Of a DNA stretch of 64,000 nt, positions 56,872 through 64,000 are shown one piece after another (the first letter of the stretch is position 1; each line of letters begins with the position of its first letter). The translations under genes and the position numbers were made by a program. The notes under the pieces are model-generated. The model did not search any database, was not told the origin of the DNA, and saw only the letters and a program-made list of their open reading frames with translations. This DNA comes from Candidatus Woesearchaeota archaeon (GTDB taxonomy: Archaea > Nanobdellota > Nanobdellia > Woesearchaeales > GW2011-AR15): contig JAFGRO010000021.1 in the NCBI GenBank assembly GCA_016935095.1, positions 916 through 64,915 of the forward strand, in the 5' to 3' direction.

Positions 56872-58572
56872 TCATTCTTTTTTTACAAGAAAATCATTTA
56901 TAAGCATAAATTTTATCTCTGTGTTTAAAAATATATTAATTGCATCTTCAGGAGAACGGACAATAGGAAAACCATGTATGTTGAAACTGGTATTTAATAT
57001 AACACCAAAACCGAGTTTTTTCCTGATTTTTTTTAAAAGCCTGTAATAAAATCCATTGGTTGGCAATACAAACTGCGGCCTGCATATATCATCATATGAG
57101 ATTACAGCCTTCATTAAATTTACATGGTTTTTTTTAACCTTATATCCCATCGTCATAAAAAGATTAGTTCTGTTATCATATTCAATAAAAAGCTTTTCTG
57201 CATCCTCTTCCAGAACAGAAGGACAAAAAGGCTGGTACCATGCCCTCTTTTTAATGATCAGGTTTAATTTGTCCTTGATTTCAGGAGAGTCAGGCCTTGC
57301 TATAATGCTCCTGTTTCCCAGTGCTCTCGGACCATATTCCATTCTTCCCTGAAAAAGCAGAATGATTTCATTTTTTAAAATTAAATCTGCAATAATTTTC
57401 TCAGGATTTTTTAATTTGGCATAATTTAATTTGTATCTTTTCAAGAATTCAATGACTTCACTGTCAGAGTAACCGGTTCCAAGATAAAGGCTATTGAATT
57501 TATAAGAATCTACTTTATTTAACCTGTAATTAAGAGCAACAGCAGCTCCCAATCCAAGACCCCCGTCGCCCATATGGGGAAAGACATAGCATTTTTTTAC
57601 TTCTTCAATATTCCTGATCTTCATATTAAGGACAATATTTGCAAAAATTCCGCCTGAGAGGCAGATATTTGAGCATTTAAATTGTTTTACAGCATTTTTA
57701 ATTAATTGGATAACCCAGTATTCAAGACATTGCTGGGCAAGATAGCAAAACTGTTCTCTTGGATATAAAAAGCAAAGATTCTTCAATTTTCTATACATCA
57801 TAAGAGCAGAATATTTGCCCTTTATTTGTATGCCCCTAACTTCAAAAAAATTTTTCATAGGGTTTTTAGAAATATCTGTCGGATAGGCGTAGCCTGCCAA
57901 AGCCATGACCTTGCCCTCATCCTCCAATTCCCTGAAATTCATTATCTGAGTTATGAATTCAAAATATATACCTACGGAATCCAGTGAAGATATGCTGCTG
58001 TATCTCTTTAACCTGCCTTCAGAAAAAAAACTAACTGTGCCTGAAAGACCGTCTCCTAAACCGTCTATTGTTATGATTACTGCTTCCTTAAACCCGCTTG
58101 TTCTTGCAGCTGCCTCTGCATGACACTGATGATGATCAACAAAATAAACCTTTTTATTATTTAATCCAAGAAGCCTTAATTTTTTTTTAATTATGATACC
58201 ACTGATAAGCCTTGTTAAATAATTTGAACCAAATTGAGTAATCTTATACTTAATAATTTTCATTAAAAAATCAGTCATAGAAGGTTGTTTTTTATGCCTT
58301 CTTACAAGATAATATCTCTCTTTCAAAGCAGGAATAACTCTTGTCAATGTTTTTGTAAAGTCTGAAGTAGACACAGCAACTGCAGATATTTCCCCCTGGT
58401 TTTTTTTAACATATTTCAGAATTTCATTTATTGAATTTATCGGGAATTTTATTTCAAGCTTTCTTCTTGTATATCTTTCCTCATTTACAGCAATAATAAT
58501 TTTATCATCCTTAATTAGTGCTGCTCCTGAATCATGACCATCCCATATCCCGAGAATAGCTCTATTTTTCAT
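56872..58572 (-). CDS. NodU/CmcH-family carbamoyltransferase
   Basis: GHDSGAAL, EERYTR.K, HHQCHA, EGKVMALA, GRMEYGPRALGNRS and LNTSFN.HG motifs. Confidence 0.95.
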   Translation of the reverse strand: MKNRAILGIWDGHDSGAALIKDDKIIIAVNEERYTRRKLEIKFPINSINEILKYVKKNQGEISAVAVSTSDFTKTLTRVIPALKERYYLVRRHKKQPSMTDFLMKIIKYKITQFGSNYLTRLISGIIIKKKLRLLGLNNKKVYFVDHHQCHAEAAARTSGFKEAVIITIDGLGDGLSGTVSFFSEGRLKRYSSISSLDSVGIYFEFITQIMNFRELEDEGKVMALAGYAYPTDISKNPMKNFFEVRGIQIKGKYSALMMYRKLKNLCFLYPREQFCYLAQQCLEYWVIQLIKNAVKQFKCSNICLSGGIFANIVLNMKIRNIEEVKKCYVFPHMGDGGLGLGAAVALNYRLNKVDSYKFNSLYLGTGYSDSEVIEFLKRYKLNYAKLKNPEKIIADLILKNEIILLFQGRMEYGPRALGNRSIIARPDSPEIKDKLNLIIKKRAWYQPFCPSVLEEDAEKLFIEYDNRTNLFMTMGYKVKKNHVNLMKAVISYDDICRPQFVLPTNGFYYRLLKKIRKKLGFGVILNTSFNIHGFPIVRSPEDAINIFLNTEIKFMLINDFLVKKE

Positions 58573-60179
58573 TTTTCTCCTGGTTTTAATTTTATTTCAT
58601 AAATTCTATAATTATAGTTCGGCTCTTTATATACAAGCTCGTAATCAAATTTTTTTGTATTATTAAAAAAAGAGTTTTCAACTGATTCAAAGACAGTGTT
58701 GATATAGTATATTTTTTTTCCTGATTTCAGCTTTTCAATTGCAAGTGAATAATCATAAAAAAAATTTTTAATTCTTTTTATCTGCCCAAGATAAGACGCC
58801 TTAAAAAAAAGATAAGAATCTCCATTATAACCAGGCAATAGTGCATCCAGTTTTTCTCCTGAAATCAGGTCAAGAAAATATTTATGATATTTAGTCTGAG
58901 TCAGCAACACCTGTTTTTCTTTAAAAGAGCTATTGACAAAACAGACTGAAATTAAAGACAAAGAAATTATTAATGCAATATAAACTATTTTCTTATTTTT
59001 AATAAACAACCTGAATAAAGAGTACATCCCTGCTGATGAAAAAATTAAGTAGATAGAGGATACTGGTATTATAAATCTGAATACATCAGGATGATTATAA
59101 AAAGTATATAAAATAATATAAAACAGGAAGATGCCTAAAATTAAGAATTTTAATTTTATATTCTGCTTATCTTCTTCTTTGTTCAAAAAAATTCCCAAAA
59201 CAGAAATGAAAAAACAGGTTGTCAAAAAAATAAAAACAGGATTTTTCATGAAAAAAATCATATAAGTCATATTAAGATATGTTAAACCGAAATATGCCCC
59301 CCCTCCTGAAAAAAGCTTTTGTTTTATATAAAATAAGAAATAGAGATATAAAAGTATTATTCCCGAAAACATGGTTAATAAAGCAATTGTTTTTACATGT
59401 GAATTTAGAATCCTATCAATTGTTTTTTTATTCTTAAATTTAAAAAAGATATAAATTAAAGCTAAACTTAAAATAAGGCAGTATTCCACCCTGAAAGAAG
59501 AAACAAGCATTAATGAGACAACCAACAGCAGGTATAGATAAAGATTATCATATTTAAACCTGATTAGCAAAACCAACGCAATTAAGGATATAATCAAAAA
59601 AGTATTAGTCAATGTTGCCGGCATTATATTTGTTGAATAGATTAAATTATAGGGATAAAAAACAGACAGGATAAATGAAATCCACTTGATGATTTTACCT
59701 GAAAAAAGCAAAGAGGCAAGACAGAATACCAAAATCGCATTCATTACATACATCACCAGGACAAATATTGAAGCAGTTACATAGAATCTTTCAAAGTCAT
59801 AATCATAAAAAAATGAATATAATGTAAATATGCCTATGCCATGCGCTGGAACAGAATATTGCAGACATGAGCCCTCATCATGAGTATTGCATATTGCATT
59901 TACCTTATTTTCTATTAAATTCTGGGAGGAAAGCAAATAGGTCTGCTCATCAAAATACACAACAGGGTTAAAAGGAAAACATTTTAATGAAATAAATACC
60001 CCTAAAAAAATAAAAGGCAGCATAAACAAAATGTTCTTTAAAAGGAGTTTTTTTAATTTTGAAAATACACCTGATTTAACAAATGAATATAAGAAAAGGA
60101 TCAATAAAAAATACATCACATAATGAAACTTTTTTGCAAAAAAATCATCCAGGATATAAAAAATATCATTTACAAACAT
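58569..60179 (-). CDS. GT-C-like polytopic membrane glycosyltransferase
   Basis: YFDE in the first loop, FRVE and RFIIP motifs, many TMs; ATGA overlap with the carbamoyltransferase. Confidence 0.65.
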   Translation of the reverse strand: MFVNDIFYILDDFFAKKFHYVMYFLLILFLYSFVKSGVFSKLKKLLLKNILFMLPFIFLGVFISLKCFPFNPVVYFDEQTYLLSSQNLIENKVNAICNTHDEGSCLQYSVPAHGIGIFTLYSFFYDYDFERFYVTASIFVLVMYVMNAILVFCLASLLFSGKIIKWISFILSVFYPYNLIYSTNIMPATLTNTFLIISLIALVLLIRFKYDNLYLYLLLVVSLMLVSSFRVEYCLILSLALIYIFFKFKNKKTIDRILNSHVKTIALLTMFSGIILLYLYFLFYIKQKLFSGGGAYFGLTYLNMTYMIFFMKNPVFIFLTTCFFISVLGIFLNKEEDKQNIKLKFLILGIFLFYIILYTFYNHPDVFRFIIPVSSIYLIFSSAGMYSLFRLFIKNKKIVYIALIISLSLISVCFVNSSFKEKQVLLTQTKYHKYFLDLISGEKLDALLPGYNGDSYLFFKASYLGQIKRIKNFFYDYSLAIEKLKSGKKIYYINTVFESVENSFFNNTKKFDYELVYKEPNYNYRIYEIKLKPGEK

Positions 60180-60311
60180 AATTTAATTAAAAACATAACC
60201 TTATTTTTAATTGTTTAGATTATAGTCAATTCCCTGAAATAAATACTCCAAGATTACATCCGCAGATTGCAAAACTTTTATATAATATCCTAATTTCCCT
60301 TTCAGAATATT

Positions 60312-60433
60312 GCCGGAGTAGCTTAGCTGGTTATAGCGCAGGACTCATATGCTTATGAGTGTTGAGCTTTTGCTGTGATATTCCATATGCGCTAGAAATC
60401 CTGAGGTCGCGAGCTCAAATCTCGCCTCCGGCA
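60312..60433 (+). tRNA. tRNA-Met(CAT), elongator-type, with 48-nt intron at 37/38 (60350-60397)
   Basis: GCCGGAG/CTCCGGC acceptor stem, CAGGA/TCCTG anticodon stem and GCGAG/CTCGC T-stem. The intron folds as a long hairpin. TATA-like ttttatata about 28 nt upstream. Confidence 0.88.
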
Positions 60434-60442
60434 CTCATTTTT

Positions 60443-61069
60443 CTAAAAATACGTGAATATATTAACCATGCCCTGAAAAAAAGTCATAATTATAATTAAA
60501 ATCAGATATTTAGTCAACTGACCCAGGAAAACAAAAAGTATACATTTTCTAAAATTATATTTTACAACACCGAGAATCGCAGTAAGTATATCCGCTGGCA
60601 AGGGAAAAACATTTGCCAAAAAAATGAACAATGAATCATGCCTGATTAAAAAGCCGGAATATTCTTTTCTTGTCTGGTAGATGAAGATATGAAGTATTTT
60701 TGCCCCGAGAAAATAGCCGATATAATAATTTATTATCTGCGAGAGCATAATAAATAAAAGCATTATCCCCAAAGCATAAAAAGGGTTATATCCGAATCCT
60801 GAATATAAAAGGAAAACCAATTCAGCAGGGTATGAAATAAAAAACAGAGAGCCGAAAAAAGAGACAAAAACCATGCCATTCACTGACTTGCTGGCAATCT
60901 CATGCTTTACAGCCTGGTAGAGAGGGGAGATGAAGATTATTGAAGAAAATAATTTATCTAAAAATTTATGGAATATCAGGATAAGGACATATATTGTAAG
61001 AATAATTACAACTGCTGATATAATCCTTTTTTTGAACTGTGAATTAAACAAGGATTTAATTTTTTTCAA
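60443..61069 (-). CDS. VTT/DedA (SNARE-associated) family membrane protein
   Basis: PAE..F, INYYIGY.LG, PLP.D...A.LG...F...F.G...KY. Confidence 0.75.
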   Translation of the reverse strand: MKKIKSLFNSQFKKRIISAVVIILTIYVLILIFHKFLDKLFSSIIFISPLYQAVKHEIASKSVNGMVFVSFFGSLFFISYPAELVFLLYSGFGYNPFYALGIMLLFIMLSQIINYYIGYFLGAKILHIFIYQTRKEYSGFLIRHDSLFIFLANVFPLPADILTAILGVVKYNFRKCILFVFLGQLTKYLILIIIMTFFQGMVNIFTYF

Positions 61070-61155
61070 TTTAGCTCTTTATTAGTAAGGTAGGTTTATA
61101 AATCTTTTCTGAAAAGAAAGCTTTTAAAATAAATCCCTTTTTCCTAATTCTTAGC

Positions 61156-61282
61156 GGGCCTGTGGTCTAGTGGCTTGACTTATACAAAAAGTTCCACAAA
61201 TGACATCGCCTCGACATTAGCAGCGAAGAAAGCGTTGCTTTCCAACCGGCGGGAATCTCCGGTTCGAGTCCGGACAGGCCCA
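61156..61282 (+). tRNA. tRNA-Val(GAC) with two introns (D-loop 61176-61199; anticodon loop 61217-61246)
   Basis: GGGCCTG/CAGGCCC acceptor stem, TCGCC/GGCGG anticodon stem and TCCGG-TTCGAGT-CCGGA T-arm. The D-loop intron has a clean BHB (GTGG/CCAC helix, two 3-nt bulges). Confidence 0.85.
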
Positions 61283-61306
61283 TTTCTCTAATTTCCAATC
61301 ACAAAA

Positions 61307-61314
61307 TTTATATA
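61307..61314 (+). promoter_or_regulatory. Archaeal TATA box (tttatata), probable leaderless transcript of 61338 gene
   Basis: acaaaa-TTTATATA ending 23 nt before the ATG. Confidence 0.5.
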
Positions 61315-61337
61315 GGTTTCTTCTTATAGAAACCTTT

Positions 61338-62357
61338 ATGTACAGGGAAGTTTTTAAAAAATATATTTCAGTTATAATTGTAGTCCTGCTTGGTGTCTTT
61401 TGTCTGCTGATTATCAAGCCGTATATTATTTCTATTGTGTCTGCAATGATCATTGTGTATGTTTTTTACCCTATCTACAAAATAATTGAAAAAAGAATAA
61501 AACACAGGATAATTTCCTCTGTCATTATGTGTTCTATGGTCATATTAATAATCATTTTGCCTGTGCTTTCAATTATGAATTCCCTTTTAGGAGAGGCGCC
61601 GAAAATCATCTCGGTAATCAGGAATGATTTCAATTTTTCGGAAATACATTTAGTTGAAATTACTGAATTCATGGCAGAACATTTCGGTATACAATTAGAT
61701 TTTTCAGGCATACTTAATTCCCTTGTCAGTTCAATTATAGGCATATCAAAAAATTTCTTGCTGGCACTGCCAAATACAATTTTAAATTTTTTTATTATGT
61801 TTTTCTTTATGTATTATCTGTTCAAAGACGGAGAAATTTTTGTTAAAAACATAGAAAAATATATCCCTTTCAGCAGTGAACAGAAAACTTTGCTGATTAA
61901 CAGGATCAGGAAGACTACAAGTGCTGTTTTATACGGCCATATTGTAACTGCAATTGCACAGGGTATTATCGCAGGCATTGGTTATTTTATTTTCGGGACA
62001 ATAGCTCCTATTTTTTTAGGATTGCTGACAACATTTTTTGCTTTATTTCCTGTTGCAGGCCCCCCATTAATTTATGTACCTATCTCTGTTTATTTGTTTT
62101 TGACCAGCCTGCAGGCATCGGATTATTTTGGAGTGGCAAGATCAATCGGTCTTTTAATTTACGGAATAGGAATAGTAAGCACTGTTGATAATATCATCAA
62201 ACCAAAGATTATCAGTGATCAGGCACAAATCCATCCTTTAATCATTATAATCGGTGTTTTCGGAGGATTAAGCTTATTCGGTTTTATAGGCTTTATCCTT
62301 GGCCCGTTGATTTTTGCTGTGTTTTTTGAAATTCTCAAAGCATACCAAATTGAATAA
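61338..62357 (+). CDS. AI-2E family transporter (UPF0118)
   Basis: YVFYP.Y, YYLFKDG, A..QG, P..G, DNIIKP, IHPL...GVFGG..LFG..G.ILGP motifs. Confidence 0.92.
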   Translation: MYREVFKKYISVIIVVLLGVFCLLIIKPYIISIVSAMIIVYVFYPIYKIIEKRIKHRIISSVIMCSMVILIIILPVLSIMNSLLGEAPKIISVIRNDFNFSEIHLVEITEFMAEHFGIQLDFSGILNSLVSSIIGISKNFLLALPNTILNFFIMFFFMYYLFKDGEIFVKNIEKYIPFSSEQKTLLINRIRKTTSAVLYGHIVTAIAQGIIAGIGYFIFGTIAPIFLGLLTTFFALFPVAGPPLIYVPISVYLFLTSLQASDYFGVARSIGLLIYGIGIVSTVDNIIKPKIISDQAQIHPLIIIIGVFGGLSLFGFIGFILGPLIFAVFFEILKAYQIE

Positions 62358-62373
62358 ATAGGGAGGGAAGAAA

Positions 62374-64000
62374 ATTAAGAAAAGAAATTTTATTATATTT
62401 GTTATATTAGTTACTTTCCTATTTTTAAATACTCTTGGCCAAGAAAATTTCTCAAAGTGCGATATTAATAAAGATAATATAATTAAATTAGATGATCTTA
62501 ATTTATTAATGACAATATTACAAAATAACCAAGATTCTAATAATTTAACCTATGACTTAAATAATGATCAATTAGTTAACCTAGCTGATTATGAATTTTG
62601 TATGGATTATTTTGGGATGCGCACAGAACTAGAGCCACACAGTGAACTTAAATGTGGTTTTGATCAGGAACAAAGAAATTACAATAGTGAATATGGTTCT
62701 AAAGAAATTGGGCAATCATTTATTCCCTCCAATACACAGTCATTACAATATATAGAAATATGTGCAAATCCAAATAATGAACAATATATTGCAGAGATAA
62801 GGTCTGGTGAAGATTTTAATGGAAACCTATTAACAAACTCAATTTTAACTATTAATACAGGTGAGTATTGTGCAGGAGGTTATACTAAATGGATTAGATT
62901 TAACTTTGAATCAGTTGAATTAATTGAAGGTGAAAAATATACACTTAAAATAATTCAAACAGGTGGTTCAAATTACGCTCCAGGAGCAAACAACAAAAAT
63001 GTATATTTAAGAGGTAAAGCTTATTATGGAGATAGTTGGCACCCACGCATAGATTTTATGTTTAGGACTTATGTATGCGGAATAGACAATGAAATCTGTG
63101 ATGACAAAATAGATAATGATAATGATGGATTAGTGGATTGTGAAGATAATGATTGTTCAGCTAGTTCAGATTGTAAAGATTATTGTAGGACAGATGATGA
63201 TTGTTTTGAGGGATGCTCTGGTTATAAGACTTCACTGAATCAATGCTTTGATAATAAATGCCATTATGTTGATAGTAAAGTCTGTTCAAGAGAATTATGC
63301 AATGCACCTTGTGATGCTTCTCATCCCTGCGATGGAGGAGCTGAATGTAATCCAGTAACTTGTGAATGTGGATTTGCGGGTGAAAATGAATTATGTAATA
63401 ATGAAATAGACGATGATGGTGATGGATTTGTAGACTGTTATGATTTTGATTGTGGAAGTGATCCTGAAAGTGGTTGTTGCCCTGTAAGAGATTTATGTAA
63501 AATGGGATGTAATCAAGAATTTGGATGTGTTTGTTGTGAAGAAACATGTTATGAAGCAGGACATGAATGTGAAAATCTTATTGAGGGATATATAATTCTT
63601 TTTACTGAAAAAGAGGTCTACAAAATTGGAGAACAGATTAAATTAACTCAATTTCAAATTCCTTGTTTTGATTCAGATGGTGGAGATAATGTTTATGTAA
63701 AAGGAGTTATTGATGGTCCTAATCTTGTAACTGGAGATGACCCTACTGATTATTGTTTATCAGATTCTGGAAAATTAGTTGAGTATTCCTGTGAAAAAAC
63801 AGAGGGATTCTACGACACTGTTGTTCTTGGTTTATATTCTAAATCAGTAGGATGTGAAGGTGAAAAGGATTGTGAAAATGGTGTTTGCCCTATCCCAGAT
63901 GACTCCTGTAATGACTCTGATGGTTTTGATTATTTTACGAAGGGTAATGTTGGTGGTTTCCTAAACGGAGAAAAATACTTACTCGAAGATTCTTGTGTAG
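62374..64000 (+). CDS. Secreted Cys-rich surface protein with N-terminal dockerin-like Ca-binding pair; 3'-truncated and absent from the ORF track
   Basis: The frame is open from 62362 to the window end. It encodes signal peptide IKKRNFIIFVILVTFLFLNTLG, loops CDINKDNIIKLDD and DLNNDQLVNLAD, EICDDKIDNDNDGLVDC motifs and C.DSDG repeats. The start appears to be ATT. Confidence 0.8.
   Translation, partial: MKKRNFIIFVILVTFLFLNTLGQENFSKCDINKDNIIKLDDLNLLMTILQNNQDSNNLTYDLNNDQLVNLADYEFCMDYFGMRTELEPHSELKCGFDQEQRNYNSEYGSKEIGQSFIPSNTQSLQYIEICANPNNEQYIAEIRSGEDFNGNLLTNSILTINTGEYCAGGYTKWIRFNFESVELIEGEKYTLKIIQTGGSNYAPGANNKNVYLRGKAYYGDSWHPRIDFMFRTYVCGIDNEICDDKIDNDNDGLVDCEDNDCSASSDCKDYCRTDDDCFEGCSGYKTSLNQCFDNKCHYVDSKVCSRELCNAPCDASHPCDGGAECNPVTCECGFAGENELCNNEIDDDGDGFVDCYDFDCGSDPESGCCPVRDLCKMGCNQEFGCVCCEETCYEAGHECENLIEGYIILFTEKEVYKIGEQIKLTQFQIPCFDSDGGDNVYVKGVIDGPNLVTGDDPTDYCLSDSGKLVEYSCEKTEGFYDTVVLGLYSKSVGCEGEKDCENGVCPIPDDSCNDSDGFDYFTKGNVGGFLNGEKYLLEDSCV

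Noticed and set aside
63161-63547. His-rich 128-aa minus-strand ORF as a second His-repeat precursor
   Set aside because: Antisense to the Asp/Cys-rich (GAT/TGT) plus-strand surface protein, with no HXS periodicity or leader.

Overview
AT-rich archaeal DNA, most consistent with a DPANN (Woesearchaeota-like) genome. The archaeal signals are class III signal-peptide pilins, TATA/BRE promoters and tRNAs with BHB-type introns and no encoded CCA; the lineage call is inference. Layout: (1) 1-3050, three predicted nuclease genes resembling a defence island. (2) 3147-13928, an archaeal type IV pilus locus (platform protein, ATPase, five prepilins) plus a 1418-aa Cys/Asp-rich repeat surface protein. 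(3) 14070-60179, a ~46 kb modification cluster with 17 radical SAM genes carrying 20 intact CxxxCxxC motifs and 2 degenerate domains, GT-C-like membrane proteins, GT2, carbamoyltransferase, DegT aminotransferase and an SGNH-like protein. The core of this cluster is a His-Xaa-Ser (Hxs) RiPP-like system: an 18x HXS precursor, HxsB, two HxsD-like genes and nine HxsC-like domains. The precursor has a prepilin-like leader and lies in the same co-directional gene run as an A24 prepilin peptidase. An IS200 remnant and a 42-bp palindromic insert also lie in the cluster. (4) 60312-64000, intron-containing tRNA-Met, a two-intron tRNA-Val, two membrane proteins and a dockerin-like surface protein that runs off the window. 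Best candidate novel system: a prepilin-peptidase-processed, possibly surface-displayed, heavily tailored HXS peptide. All family calls come from motif recognition by eye; no searches were run.
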